A DNA stretch of 64,000 nt from a virus (IMGVR_UViG_3300037400_005024:64001-128000); one strand, 5' to 3'; shown: positions 48,315-59,157, numbered from the stretch's first letter. Numbers and translations: made by a program. The notes: generated from the letters alone by a model not told the origin.

Positions 48315-49475
48315 TTAGGTAAAACCTGTGATGTTTTCTGATAGATTTGATGAAATACCTTGTACATAGTTAAAAGAATTTGTTTCTGAGTTATTTAAAC
48401 TCTTTTCTGAGTTATTTGAATTTATTTCAGAGTTATTTAAAATATTTTCAGAGTTCTGCAAACTTGTTTCAGAGTTGTTTGATAAGTTCTCTGAAACTTT
48501 TTCAACTTTTTCTGAGTTGTTTAAAATATTTTCTGTTTTTACAGAAACCCTTTCAACTATATTTGCAATTGCCTGAGTGTTATCATCTAATTCTGTTTTA
48601 TCACAGAACTTATGAAGTGCTTCAGAACGTGAATTTTTACTTATTATCTTTTTACAAGCACTCATTAAAGACTTAACTGTTCGAATCAACTTTCTGACAT
48701 AAGAATAATTTTCAGGAGACATTTTTCCGAGTAAATTAGTATTATTGAAAATATACTTCTTAAACTTTTCAAAATGTTTCTCGATATTCGCAGAATCAGA
48801 AATGCATTCTGAACCTAACTCTTCAATCTTTTCAAGACATTCTGTAATCTTCTCTTCTTCCGACTTTTCATTAAAAACCAGATTGTACAACTTTTTAGAA
48901 ATTTCTTCATCAGAAGCGTTGTCATCAATCTGTCTAGCTAAATTCAAGACATCAAGATCTTCGGAGTCCTCAGGAACTTCTTCGTTATCACTTGATCCTT
49001 GTGCTATAAACTCGATTGCTTTCATTAGTTCAGGATTGTTCAGAATAATCTGTTCATATTCCTTAACTAACTTTTCTTCTTCATCTGGAGACATTTTAGA
49101 AGTTTTTCTTGGTGTATTTTTTAAACGTTTGAAATACTGTACTTTAACTCCCTTTTCTCTTTTTGGAAAAAGTGTTATAGAATCATCTGTCTCAGAAATA
49201 ATCTTAAGATTTGTTTCAGAATCTTTAAACTTTTCAGTTTTACCTGTTAAAGTTGTTGTTAAGATATATGAAATTGTAACTGGACTTGATACACTTTCAA
49301 GTTCAATATCTTTCATAAATCTCTGACCATTGTAACCAGTGCATTTAAAAGGAATAATTTTTGACTTTCCATCAATAGTTAGTTCAATAACTGCTTGATA
49401 TACTGTTTTCTCAGGCAGAAAATCAAACATTAAAACGGTATTTCCAGTTTTTCTACTTTTTCTTGATGTAATCAT
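48315..49475 (-). CDS. Hypothetical protein with C-terminal 7-aa NNSE repeats
   Basis: AAGGA RBS; imperfect 21-bp tandem repeats at about 48375-48540. Confidence 0.7.
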   Translation of the reverse strand: MITSRKSRKTGNTVLMFDFLPEKTVYQAVIELTIDGKSKIIPFKCTGYNGQRFMKDIELESVSSPVTISYILTTTLTGKTEKFKDSETNLKIISETDDSITLFPKREKGVKVQYFKRLKNTPRKTSKMSPDEEEKLVKEYEQIILNNPELMKAIEFIAQGSSDNEEVPEDSEDLDVLNLARQIDDNASDEEISKKLYNLVFNEKSEEEKITECLEKIEELGSECISDSANIEKHFEKFKKYIFNNTNLLGKMSPENYSYVRKLIRTVKSLMSACKKIISKNSRSEALHKFCDKTELDDNTQAIANIVERVSVKTENILNNSEKVEKVSENLSNNSETSLQNSENILNNSEINSNNSEKSLNNSETNSFNYVQGISSNLSENITGFT

Positions 49476-49589
49476 AAATAATTCCTTTTTTGTTATGTGT
49501 AAATTATAAAATATATTTTAAAATACTTTTAAATGACCAAAAAAAAAAAGCATCTATAAAAGATGCTTTTTTCTAAAATAATTTAAAAA

Positions 49590-49892
49590 TTAGTTATAAA
49601 TTCTAGGGTCAAAAATCTTAATATCGTATTCTTCACAAACATTATGAATAATTCTACACTTTGGGTTGTTTTCCCAGTCATCAATGAAAAATACCGCATC
49701 AACGTCACCCATATGTAAAAGTGCAGAACCTAGTGATGAAATAATTGCATCTCTTGGTGCACCGCTTTCATCACGAACATAATCATCAACAACTGTATGT
49801 CCTAATTCTTGAACTCGTTTGATAGCATATGCTCTGCTTTCTTCTAATTCCTTATATGGCTTATCTAATGGCTGACAAATGTAAACTTGCAT
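49590..49892 (-). CDS. DUF4406/nucleoside-deoxyribosyltransferase-like protein
   Basis: VYICQP, DAVFFIDDWEN..CRI. Confidence 0.6.
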   Translation of the reverse strand: MQVYICQPLDKPYKELEESRAYAIKRVQELGHTVVDDYVRDESGAPRDAIISSLGSALLHMGDVDAVFFIDDWENNPKCRIIHNVCEEYDIKIFDPRIYN

Positions 49893-49925
49893 ATTTTTAT
49901 ATCCTCTTATTTCTGAAGTTCAAAA

Positions 49926-50837
49926 TTACTTAGTGAACTTAAACTTATACAACATTGGATTATTTTCACAATGGTTAGGATTCATTGTGAGACCGAAACG
50001 GTTATAAATTACAATTACATCATTTGCAGTTTCAGGATCTTTTATGGTCTGTAACTGAGAACCATAATCACCAAAAAATGCACTTGAACAGAATGGATCT
50101 TCTGGACTCCTTAAACCAACATATGCGGTTTCTGAATCATAATCAGGGTTTACATAATACTTCATTAAAGCAAAGTCTGCAACTAAAAGATTATCTGTAT
50201 TAGTTGTATTCTTACCAGTATTATAAGCAAATGATGTCATAATTGCTGCAACATACCTATATGGAATAACAGCATATGAACATAATGTTCTCTTTGTCTT
50301 TGAGTTCATCTTTAATGCTAATTCCTGAACTCTCTGAGTAATTTCGAACATCATTGTTTCTGCATTTGATGAATCAGAAATTGAAATTGATGGAGTTTCA
50401 ATAGCATTATTTTCTAAGAATTCTAATGTTTTCTCATTTTCATAGTTATTGCAAAGACCACGTAACATTTTAGCAACGTAAGTTCTTGCTTTATCTGGTC
50501 CATACATTGCTTCTAAATCATGAATTGCTTCAACAGTTAATTCTGTCATAATTGGCTTTGAAGGAAATGCTGTTAAATTACTTCTCTTCAAAATCAATCT
50601 TGGCTTATCAGGATTATAATTTCCTGAATTATCTGTTGTATGATGTGAATCAGTTAGTGTAAAAATACCAGCTAATGGTCCATTTGGCTTCACATTTGCA
50701 AAAATTGATCGACCTAAAGATGGTAAATCAGTCTGCTGAAAAACATCGTTTAACGGAAACTTCGAATCAGTTGTTGCAATGTTTGGTGCATTTGAAGTGT
50801 TTAGACCAATTGGTGCTCTTTCTTCATTTAAATTCAT
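49926..50837 (-). CDS. Short gp23/gp24-like capsid paralog
   Basis: TELTVEAIHDLEAMYG, DPET, RFGLTMNP echo gp23 motifs. Confidence 0.7.
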   Translation of the reverse strand: MNLNEERAPIGLNTSNAPNIATTDSKFPLNDVFQQTDLPSLGRSIFANVKPNGPLAGIFTLTDSHHTTDNSGNYNPDKPRLILKRSNLTAFPSKPIMTELTVEAIHDLEAMYGPDKARTYVAKMLRGLCNNYENEKTLEFLENNAIETPSISISDSSNAETMMFEITQRVQELALKMNSKTKRTLCSYAVIPYRYVAAIMTSFAYNTGKNTTNTDNLLVADFALMKYYVNPDYDSETAYVGLRSPEDPFCSSAFFGDYGSQLQTIKDPETANDVIVIYNRFGLTMNPNHCENNPMLYKFKFTK

Positions 50838-50858
50838 CTTTAATTCTCTTTGAAAAAG

Positions 50859-51041
50859 TTAATCAACGGAACGTTGCTCATTAATTAAAATTTTAGTTAA
50901 ATTATCAATCTCTTTTTGAACTTCTTCATCTAATTGTTTTAAATGTTCTTCTAAAACGTGTTGATGATTTAGAGCTTGAAGATATTTAACCATTTTTGAA
51001 ATTTTATTTAAGTTTAAAATGGAATCTTGAAGTGATAACAT
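50859..51041 (-). CDS. Small late protein
   Basis: Late promoter 51053-51060. Confidence 0.5.
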   Translation of the reverse strand: MLSLQDSILNLNKISKMVKYLQALNHQHVLEEHLKQLDEEVQKEIDNLTKILINEQRSVD

Positions 51042-51107
51042 TTTTTTTTAACTATTTATAATAATTTTAACACAAATTAGAATACCTTCTTAAAGGTCCA
51101 AAAACTT

Positions 51108-51782
51108 TTAAAAAACTGATCGTAATTCAGTTAACAACATTTCATCGCATTTCTCGCTAAATTGACACCAAGAGCAATGTTTTCCACAATTTCTTTTAAA
51201 AACTTTATCTTGTAAAATAATATCAGATGTTTTTATAATAAAGTTTTGAGCATTTTCAATATCTTCCTTTGTTACAATTTTTGAATTTATCTTGTTATGT
51301 TCAACATAAAGATAATTGATTTTGATTTTATTGTACTTTTTAAAAAATATTGAATAAGTTAAAAGTTGTGAAAAATCTTGATTTTCCTTGAACTTACCAG
51401 TTTTGTAATCACAAAGATTTAATTCGTCATTTTCAAAAAAGATAAGATCTATAATACCATGGAAAAAGGAATCTTCAAATGTATCATTTTCAAAATTCTT
51501 TGTTAAACCAAATTTAAACTCGCGAGCAGTTTTCTTATTAAGAAGAACATCTTTAAAATAATTTCCTATTTCTGAATTTAAAAAGTTTGAAACAATTGAA
51601 TTTTCATGAAACTTAAATTCTTTACTTGCAATAAAATCAGGAAACTTTTCAAGAATTGAATGAACATTTGAACCCTTAACAAGAGCAGTACTTCGAACAG
51701 GTTTGATTTTATCGATATAAGAAAGCTTATATGCGAACGGACAAGTATTGTATAAACTCAATGATGAAAATGAAAATGACAT
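51108..51782 (-). CDS. Cas4/RecB-like PD-(D/E)xK exonuclease
   Basis: TCP, G..VH, GIID, DYKTG, QL..Y, CSWCQFSEKC. Confidence 0.88.
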   Translation of the reverse strand: MSFSFSSLSLYNTCPFAYKLSYIDKIKPVRSTALVKGSNVHSILEKFPDFIASKEFKFHENSIVSNFLNSEIGNYFKDVLLNKKTAREFKFGLTKNFENDTFEDSFFHGIIDLIFFENDELNLCDYKTGKFKENQDFSQLLTYSIFFKKYNKIKINYLYVEHNKINSKIVTKEDIENAQNFIIKTSDIILQDKVFKRNCGKHCSWCQFSEKCDEMLLTELRSVF

Positions 51783-51804
51783 TGTATTCCTTTGTTAAAT
51801 TAGT

Positions 51805-52077
51805 TTAAAAATTAAACTGATAATTAAAGATGTTTTCTATAGAAATTTCGCAGTGCTTTAAAACTGGATCTAAAACAATTTTAAATTCATTTAAAAAATC
51901 AGAGCTCTGATTATCAACATTTTTAACTGATTTAATCGTTGCAAACGACGTATAAACACAATTTTCAAAAATTACATGTTTTGAAAGGTATCTCAATAAA
52001 TCACCCTTTGATAATGGAAAATTAGAACAAATAGGTGTTTCATCAATGTTGTTTAAATCGATATTTAGCAATTCCAA
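51805..52077 (-). CDS. Hypothetical protein
   Basis: ORF track; GAAGGG RBS. Confidence 0.5.
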   Translation of the reverse strand: MELLNIDLNNIDETPICSNFPLSKGDLLRYLSKHVIFENCVYTSFATIKSVKNVDNQSSDFLNEFKIVLDPVLKHCEISIENIFNYQFNF

Positions 52078-52148
52078 ATGCCCTTCTAAATAATTTAAAA
52101 TTGAGTAAAAAATGGAATATCTAAAAAATTAGATATTCCTTTTAAAAA

Positions 52149-52526
52149 TTATTCTTCTTTAGACATAAGATCAGCAATAGCTGTCATACAATCAGCATCG
52201 TTTTCAATGATATTCTGGACAAAGTCAATTTCCTCTAACTCTGAAGCACTTGACTTCTTTGAACGTTTAATATTGTTGTACGCCTTCAGGGCAATCTTAG
52301 TACTTAGTCCAGTAAGTTCAAACTCATGTTTGAGTTCCTTAATATCTGCCTTAATTGTCTTAATCTGCTTTTCAAGATTAGCATATCGCTTTACAAAACT
52401 TGTAATGTTAAGAACATTATCTTCAGTTGCAACTGGCTTAATCGGTGTTTCTTCAATCTTTCCAAAATTTTCAATGTCTTCAATCTTTAAAGTTTCATTT
52501 GTATCTGACATGTTTTTATTCCTCAT
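52149..52526 (-). CDS. DsbA/GapR-like dsDNA-binding protein
   Basis: FVKRYANLEKQIKTIKADIKELKHEFELTGL pattern. Confidence 0.65.
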   Translation of the reverse strand: MRNKNMSDTNETLKIEDIENFGKIEETPIKPVATEDNVLNITSFVKRYANLEKQIKTIKADIKELKHEFELTGLSTKIALKAYNNIKRSKKSSASELEEIDFVQNIIENDADCMTAIADLMSKEE

Positions 52527-52543
52527 CTAATTAAATTATTTAT

Positions 52544-53110
52544 TTAAGAAAAAAAGCCCTTTTTAATCTTACTGTTCCTTTCATTAAGTAACATACAATT
52601 ATCGATGTTCTCAATATTTGAACGAACAATTTCTAATTCAGGTTCTGGAATATCAATGTAAATCCATGCACCAGTTATCTGATCTTCTGAAACTGACTTA
52701 TCTGTAAATGTGATTGCATTATCAAAATTTAAAATAAGTCTTGGCTTCTGCATAGTTGGATCATCTTTAATCTTTATAAAAGTTAAATGATCTAAATTTA
52801 CAAAATAAAATCTTGTTCTTTCATCATCTGCTAAATTCTTAACTTCTCTGAAATTCAATAAACCATTTGAGGTCATCTTTTCAATTTTATCTTTTAAACT
52901 GTTAAAAAATTCAGAGTACTCTTCATAAGAATCGAAGTCCTTATACTTATAATCTGAAATTGTCTTAAGTGCACCAGATGGTGTTTTAACACGATTTAAT
53001 TTTACTGAATAATCATATAAAAAGATCATTCTTAAGTTAACTGGATCACACTCAATATTTGAAACAGTCTTTAAATTGATAAAATAGTTATTGTTTAATT
53101 TAATTAGCAT
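52544..53110 (-). CDS. Hypothetical protein with internally repeated FINL/FVNL unit
   Basis: ORF track. Confidence 0.65.
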   Translation of the reverse strand: MLIKLNNNYFINLKTVSNIECDPVNLRMIFLYDYSVKLNRVKTPSGALKTISDYKYKDFDSYEEYSEFFNSLKDKIEKMTSNGLLNFREVKNLADDERTRFYFVNLDHLTFIKIKDDPTMQKPRLILNFDNAITFTDKSVSEDQITGAWIYIDIPEPELEIVRSNIENIDNCMLLNERNSKIKKGFFS

Positions 53111-53112
53111 AT

Positions 53113-53382
53113 TTAATCCTTTTTTAATTTTTCAATTTCGTCTTTAAGAGATTTATTTTCATCAATAAGCATTTCAATGAGTTTCATAAACAAATAGTTT
53201 TCGCCAGTTTTAGGTTTGAAATATTTAAGTGAAAACATAGGAACATCATTCAATGTTCTAATTTCAGAATCAATTAAAAATTTCTTTGCTTCAAAATCAT
53301 TAAAACACATATTGATTTTTTCCTTATCAAATTCATCATTTGATATATTTATATTGTAATTTGATTTTAGAAAAAATTTCAC
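53113..53382 (-). CDS. Hypothetical protein
   Basis: ORF in operon. Confidence 0.55.
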   Translation of the reverse strand: MKFFLKSNYNINISNDEFDKEKINMCFNDFEAKKFLIDSEIRTLNDVPMFSLKYFKPKTGENYLFMKLIEMLIDENKSLKDEIEKLKKD

Positions 53383-53394
53383 ACAACCTTAAAA

Positions 53395-54405
53395 TTATAA
53401 AATAGTTTTAATTTTAACTTGTGCTAACACACCTTCATATAAATTGTTTAAAATAATTTCTTTAACATTCTTTCCAGCTTTTAACATTTCGTTACAGTCC
53501 TTTTCAGGTTCTGAATGAATTAAAACTTTATAACCTCGCTTTGCGTATTTTAACATATTTAGCAATCCTGTTCTATCATTATCAAGACAAAATACAGGTT
53601 CTTTAAGTTCTTTTAGTCTCTCATCAGGAAGTTGTGCACCTAAACAAGCAATGCAATTACTTAAACCAGACTGAATCGCACTTAAAGCATCAAAAATACC
53701 TTCAAAAATATAAACAGGCTTTTCTTTATCAACATTAAAGAAATTCCAAACTTTATAAGAATTATTTTCAGGATTCATGTAAGTACAGAATTTCTTTTCA
53801 GAAATATTTCTTGAATAAAAGCCATACCATTCAAAGTTTTCGTTGTACAACGGAATAATGATTGAATTTCTAAGATTGTGTTCTTTTTCACCGATTTTTA
53901 AAACTGTATTTGAATAAAACAATTTCATTGAAGTGTTGTATTTAAAACCGCGACTTTCAAAATAGTCAAGTGCTGGTTTATAAGATTCTAATGGTTTGAA
54001 ATACTCTGAAAAATCTTGGTAAATTAGTTTTACACCACTTGAAGCGCTTGAATTATTGGCAGCGCTGTCATTATTTTTACTTTCGTTACTTTCAATTTTA
54101 AAATCTTCTAATATATTAAACAAAGATTTTCTTTTATATTCAGAAATATACTTGTCATATAAACTAGGATAAAATTCTTTTAGAAAAGAAAATATGTTTT
54201 TGTTGTGAACTGGACAATCGCCATTAAAACAGTTTACAAATGAGGCATTGCATGCGCTGTATAAATGCAATCTAGCTTTGTTTTCAGATTTTCTTGAATC
54301 ACCACAAACAGGACATCTTGCAACAATTTCATTTGGTGATTCTTTTCTAATTCGTTCAGTACCAACTGCGAGTTTAAAGTACTTAACATCATTTTGATCA
54401 AGCAT
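53395..54405 (-). CDS. gp61: DNA primase
   Basis: RCPVCGDS..CFNGDC zinc finger; FEGIFDA; LDND Toprim. Confidence 0.92.
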   Translation of the reverse strand: MLDQNDVKYFKLAVGTERIRKESPNEIVARCPVCGDSRKSENKARLHLYSACNASFVNCFNGDCPVHNKNIFSFLKEFYPSLYDKYISEYKRKSLFNILEDFKIESNESKNNDSAANNSSASSGVKLIYQDFSEYFKPLESYKPALDYFESRGFKYNTSMKLFYSNTVLKIGEKEHNLRNSIIIPLYNENFEWYGFYSRNISEKKFCTYMNPENNSYKVWNFFNVDKEKPVYIFEGIFDALSAIQSGLSNCIACLGAQLPDERLKELKEPVFCLDNDRTGLLNMLKYAKRGYKVLIHSEPEKDCNEMLKAGKNVKEIILNNLYEGVLAQVKIKTIL

Positions 54406-54468
54406 TTTAAAATTTTCCTTTTAACTTAATTTCAGCACCTTTTAACAAGATGCTGAAAAAAATTTAAT

Positions 54469-55581
54469 TTATAAAAAATCTTCTAAAGTTAATTCAGCTT
54501 TAAAATTACTTGGTAAATTTTCAAGTAAATTATCAAAATTATTTTCGTAAATGTAATTTCTAAATTCTTTATTATTATACTTTGGCTTTTGATTTTCAAA
54601 GTTTTCAACAATATTTTTAAAAATATTTTCAGGAATATAATCAGCTAAAACTAACTTCTTATTGCGTTCATAATTCAATCTATATTCTTTATTTGAATTT
54701 AGCCAATTTTCTAAAGATCCATATTTTTTGATTTCTTTTCTTAAAGTTGTTTTACCAAATCTTTCTTTCTTAAAGACTGAAGGTAACATTGTTTCAGGAG
54801 CATCTTTACGTTTTGAAGAATTTTTGACTGGTAGTCCAAATTCTGAATGATAAAATTTATCAATTAGATTAGAACGTTTTTCATCTGAAAATTCATAATT
54901 AAACTGATATGTATCAATATTAGTATTTTCAGTTTCTAAGAATTTCTTGAATTCATCTGAAAATACTGTAAAATCGACAACCTTAGGAACTTCGTCACAT
55001 GCATCACCTAAGATAACATGATCTAGTAACCAATCATCAAGTGATTCTTCATGCTTTGTTTCTTCAGTTATATATTTTCTAGTAAATAAAGAATATTGTG
55101 TTACATCACCGTATTTCTTTGCTTGTAACATATCTTTATCTGAACTGATGATTAAAATTCTTTCAGATTTTGCAAATTTCTTTGCAAGACAAAGAATAAC
55201 ATCATCACCTTCAGCACCATCTGACTTTACAATTTTAAATGGAGTATATTTCTTTAAAATTTCTAAAACTGAATCAATTTCTGGAAACACCTCATTATAC
55301 TTGATTGGTGACTTTTCACGAAATGCTTTTCTTGAATTTTTATAATTGCTGTAAATATCTTTTCTCCAATTTTTCTTTGAATGGTCATCTAAACAAATTA
55401 CAATATCACCAAACATTGCAAAATCATTTTGAACATTTAAAATTTCTTCTAAAATTCTATACTTAGTATATTGAATAAATTCTTTTGTTTCGTATTGTCC
55501 GTCAACTTCCTTAGGTTTAATTGCTGAAATTGCAGAAAAAATGCATTGATGCATTACTGCAGAAAAATCTAATAAAATCAT
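54469..55581 (-). CDS. rnh: T4 RNase H-like 5-prime to 3-prime exonuclease
   Basis: WRK..Y..YK..R, EGDD, SSDKDMLQ, GD..D.VP. Confidence 0.9.
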   Translation of the reverse strand: MILLDFSAVMHQCIFSAISAIKPKEVDGQYETKEFIQYTKYRILEEILNVQNDFAMFGDIVICLDDHSKKNWRKDIYSNYKNSRKAFREKSPIKYNEVFPEIDSVLEILKKYTPFKIVKSDGAEGDDVILCLAKKFAKSERILIISSDKDMLQAKKYGDVTQYSLFTRKYITEETKHEESLDDWLLDHVILGDACDEVPKVVDFTVFSDEFKKFLETENTNIDTYQFNYEFSDEKRSNLIDKFYHSEFGLPVKNSSKRKDAPETMLPSVFKKERFGKTTLRKEIKKYGSLENWLNSNKEYRLNYERNKKLVLADYIPENIFKNIVENFENQKPKYNNKEFRNYIYENNFDNLLENLPSNFKAELTLEDFL

Positions 55582-55719
55582 TAAATATCCTTTTGATTAG
55601 GTTCATATTATTTTATATTTTTTAAATGTACTTTTTAATGTAGTCCTAAAAATAAAAAAAAAAAGATGTTCACATGGAACATCTTTAAAAATCTTAGGAG
55701 GGAGTTTAATTATTATAAT

Positions 55720-56040
55720 TTATGCTTTTTCTTCTGCAAATCTTAGGAGATCACGACCTAAATCAGTTAAGTGATACTGTCTATTTTCAGGGTAATAGTG
55801 ATAAAGATTATCATTTCGCATTCTAGTAAAAATTGTTGAACGGTAACCTGGACGATGACCTTCAATTCCGTCAACTTCAGTGTTAATCTGATCACGGGTA
55901 TATGATGGGTGCATTTCAATTGCTTTTAAAATCTTGTAATTGACATGTTCTGGCTTAATCTTTGAAAAAGCAACCTTTGCATGATAAGCGTCGTGATAAA
56001 CTGAACGAACTGACAACTCTGGTAATTTAATTTCTTTCAT
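55720..56040 (-). CDS. Early hypothetical protein (possible winged helix)
   Basis: Early promoter 56078-56107; YHLTDLG. Confidence 0.65.
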   Translation of the reverse strand: MKEIKLPELSVRSVYHDAYHAKVAFSKIKPEHVNYKILKAIEMHPSYTRDQINTEVDGIEGHRPGYRSTIFTRMRNDNLYHYYPENRQYHLTDLGRDLLRFAEEKA

Positions 56041-56359
56041 AATGTTTTCCTTTTTAAAAATTTGTTTTTACATATACATTATAACACAAAAAATTTAAAA
56101 TGTAAACAAATTTTTTAAAAAAAAATTATACGAACGTTTCAGTTTTTTAAAATTTAGGTCGTTCAATTAGAAATACAGTAATTAAAATAAAAATTACAGA
56201 AAATATAAAATATGTTGTCATGAACTGCTCCAATTCACTCTAAATCACATTCAGAACACTCGTAATATAATTACTTTTAAAATATTTAAAGTGTGATTAA
56301 AGTCATTTCTCTATTATTTAAACCTATTGCAAAAAGAATGCAATAGGTTAAAATATATC

Positions 56360-57292
56360 TTAAACTGCCATTTCAAACTTTAAAGGTTCGTCATGAACAT
56401 AATTCTCTAAGACAAAATCCGATGTCTTAACTGACTTTAAAATATCATCTAAACTCATATTCTGATAATCCAAATCTGGCATTTTCAGTTGAGGCAATTG
56501 ATGAGGAATCCTCTTCAACTGAACTTTAGCAGAGTCAATGTGATTTTTATAAATGTGAGTATCACCAAAATTGCCAATGAGTTCTAATGGAATTTTACCT
56601 GTCATCTTTGCAATGATGTTTAATAAAAGTGCATAACTTGCAATGTTAAAAGGTAATCCTGTGCAGGAATCGATTGATCTTTGATTCCACATTAAACTCA
56701 AGTACTGATTTTCAGGTCCTGAAACATAGAACTGAAAACTGTAATGACAAGGAGGTAGTGCCATATTTTCTAGTTCAGGAACGTTCCATGCACTTACTAG
56801 TAATCTTCTAGAATGAGGATTGTTTTTAATCTCATTTATTACGTTAGTTAACTGATCAAATTCTTGAATTGCGTATGTTATTGTTTTGCCTAACTTTGAA
56901 TGACCATTTCCAGCAAGTGCTTTCCAATGTCTCCAGTTATAACCATAAATTGGACCTAACTCACCATTGCCATATCCAAGATTCTTGCCTTGATTTTGAT
57001 AATTTAAGGTCCAAATTGTTTTCTTCTCCTTTTCAGTTAACTGATCATAAGGTTTGTTATCGTTCTTAATTTCAGCTAAACGATGTTCATTAGTAGAACC
57101 TTCTAAGAACCAAAGTAATTCCGAGACAACCGAACGCCAGGCGAGCGATTTCGTTGTAACAGCTGGAAAGCCATCTTTTAAATTGAACCTAAGTGACCTT
57201 CCAAAGACTGAAATTGTACCAACTCCAGTTCTATCGTGTCTTTCTTCGCCGTTTTCTAAAATGTCTTCTAATAAATCTAAGTAATTTTTCAT
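56360..57292 (-). CDS. thyA: Thymidylate synthase
   Basis: DRTGVGT, ELLWF, SRR, LPPCH, QRSID, PFNIASY, DTHIY. Confidence 0.96.
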   Translation of the reverse strand: MKNYLDLLEDILENGEERHDRTGVGTISVFGRSLRFNLKDGFPAVTTKSLAWRSVVSELLWFLEGSTNEHRLAEIKNDNKPYDQLTEKEKKTIWTLNYQNQGKNLGYGNGELGPIYGYNWRHWKALAGNGHSKLGKTITYAIQEFDQLTNVINEIKNNPHSRRLLVSAWNVPELENMALPPCHYSFQFYVSGPENQYLSLMWNQRSIDSCTGLPFNIASYALLLNIIAKMTGKIPLELIGNFGDTHIYKNHIDSAKVQLKRIPHQLPQLKMPDLDYQNMSLDDILKSVKTSDFVLENYVHDEPLKFEMAV

Positions 57293-57316
57293 AAGAAATT
57301 CCTTTAAGAGATTAAA

Positions 57317-57658
57317 TTATTCAAAAAGTTCTGGAACCATTTCTGGATTGTCTAAAGCGTACTCTAAAAATTCACGTTCATGTAAATTTAAAAGATGATC
57401 TTTTAATTCAAATTTGTTAAAAGAAATTAAATGCCCATAGTTGTCAATTGTAAAATAGTCATCGTTCAGGTCAACATCTCCGTACACAACACTTTCAACA
57501 ATGTCATATACAGAAAATCCATGGAAAAGACTTCCATAATCACGCGAATATTCTTCATCACTAATTGCAGTTACTAGAAACAGTAAAGTATCTAAATCAG
57601 AATTTTCAAGTCTTTCCTGAACTCTTGAAATTTCATCTTCTGTCAGTTCTCTATCCAT
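57317..57658 (-). CDS. Acidic hypothetical protein
   Basis: ORF with RBS. Confidence 0.65.
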   Translation of the reverse strand: MDRELTEDEISRVQERLENSDLDTLLFLVTAISDEEYSRDYGSLFHGFSVYDIVESVVYGDVDLNDDYFTIDNYGHLISFNKFELKDHLLNLHEREFLEYALDNPEMVPELFE

Positions 57659-57677
57659 CTTCCTAAGTCTCCTTAAA

Positions 57678-58979
57678 TTATAAACGTTTAGCCATGTCTC
57701 TTAACTGAATAACTTTTTCTAAAGTATCAGTTTCGTCTTTGTCGTTTCGCATCTCGACAAAGCGTGGATGACTCAGCGCATAGTAATCATTATTTTCAGA
57801 TTTTACAATATCATTAAATTCAACTGAAATAATTTTTCCGATTAGATTATCTTTATTCTTTGTAAACTCATCTAACTCTGCGTCTGAAAAACCTGAGCAC
57901 TGACCTTTTACAGTTCCTTCATCATTACTGAACTGAATTGCTCCAATTTTACCTTCACGTTTAGTACCAACTGTACCTTCAGTGAAACCAGTAATTCTCA
58001 TTTCAGCATCGACTTTTAACTTGATTTTTAACTGAGTTCCTGAAGTTCCATTCTTAAAACAGTTTTGCTTGTCCTTCAAAACTCCACCTTCAAGTCCATG
58101 TTCCATCCATTCTGAAACATATTCAAGTGCTTCATCGATTGAATTTACTTCATAGTTAGGTACAAGTTTTACCCTGTTAGATTCATGTTTTTCTATAATA
58201 TCTGATAAAGATTCAAATCTAGAATAATAAGGAGTTTTTGTCTTTTCAAGATAATCATCATCAGTTAGGTAATCCCATACTGTAAAAGTTATCTTTTCAT
58301 AAGGTGGATTCAACGAATTGATCAATCCATTTCCAGTAAATCTTGACTCACCATCAATTGTAAGTTCGCCGGTATAATAACCATTGGGAAAATTCATCAT
58401 TTCCTTAAATAAAACTGGATTAGAGTATTCTTCGCCTGAACGCGTTTTACCTGTAACTTGACCGTCAGCTACATGAATTTCTCTGTAAGTTCCATCCATT
58501 TTTAACTGAATGAATGCAGGAAATTTGATTTTCTTCAGAGTCTTTTCAGATAAAACTGCACACCTCATGTAATTTGGCTTTGGAATTAAATTTTTAAAAA
58601 TCTTGTTTATACTTTTAATGTTTAAACCGATTTTTAAATCTCTACCTAAAACGTTTAAAAGAATTTCTTTATTTTCAGAATCAAGATTCTTTAAAAGTTC
58701 ATCAACGAACTCATGAGTTTTATTTCCTCTGATGTCACCTGAACCTAAAGTTTCAATTTCAGTTAAAACATCTTCAATGTTTTTATTGCTGTGAACATTT
58801 AAAAACTTTGAATTTTGAACAATGTAGTTTTTAGAAATATTAAAATTGTACTTATTTCTGTTGTAGGTGAGTTCTAGCAACTTTTTAAAAATGGAATCAT
58901 CTTGATATTTCTTTAAAAGATCAAGTTTGTAATTTGATGAATTTGATTCATTTAATTCATTTAGAATATCTTTCAACAT
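57678..58979 (-). CDS. gp30: ATP-dependent DNA ligase
   Basis: QLKMDG, GEL, VWD, EGGVLK, KIK, PRFVEMRNDK. Confidence 0.95.
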   Translation of the reverse strand: MLKDILNELNESNSSNYKLDLLKKYQDDSIFKKLLELTYNRNKYNFNISKNYIVQNSKFLNVHSNKNIEDVLTEIETLGSGDIRGNKTHEFVDELLKNLDSENKEILLNVLGRDLKIGLNIKSINKIFKNLIPKPNYMRCAVLSEKTLKKIKFPAFIQLKMDGTYREIHVADGQVTGKTRSGEEYSNPVLFKEMMNFPNGYYTGELTIDGESRFTGNGLINSLNPPYEKITFTVWDYLTDDDYLEKTKTPYYSRFESLSDIIEKHESNRVKLVPNYEVNSIDEALEYVSEWMEHGLEGGVLKDKQNCFKNGTSGTQLKIKLKVDAEMRITGFTEGTVGTKREGKIGAIQFSNDEGTVKGQCSGFSDAELDEFTKNKDNLIGKIISVEFNDIVKSENNDYYALSHPRFVEMRNDKDETDTLEKVIQLRDMAKRL

Positions 58980-58995
58980 TTTGAAATTCCTTTAA

Positions 58996-59157
58996 TCAAA
59001 TAGCTAAAATCATTTCACAAAACAAATACTCATCTAAATTATTATCTATGAGTTTGTTTATGTTGTCAATTAAATCAGCACAATCAAAAACTAAAAAATC
59101 ATGTGTTTCAGTTTGATTTACTAGATTCATTAAATTAAACATTTCTAATTCAAACAT
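58996..59157 (-). CDS. 53-aa hypothetical protein (not in ORF track)
   Basis: GAGG RBS; MFELEMFNLMNL...; middle-type motif at 59181-59220. Confidence 0.45.
   Translation of the reverse strand: MFELEMFNLMNLVNQTETHDFLVFDCADLIDNINKLIDNNLDEYLFCEMILAI

Noticed and set aside
56360-57292. thyA as a dCMP hydroxymethylase for DNA modification
   Set aside because: It keeps the dUMP-specifying Asn (PFNIASY) and canonical ThyA motifs
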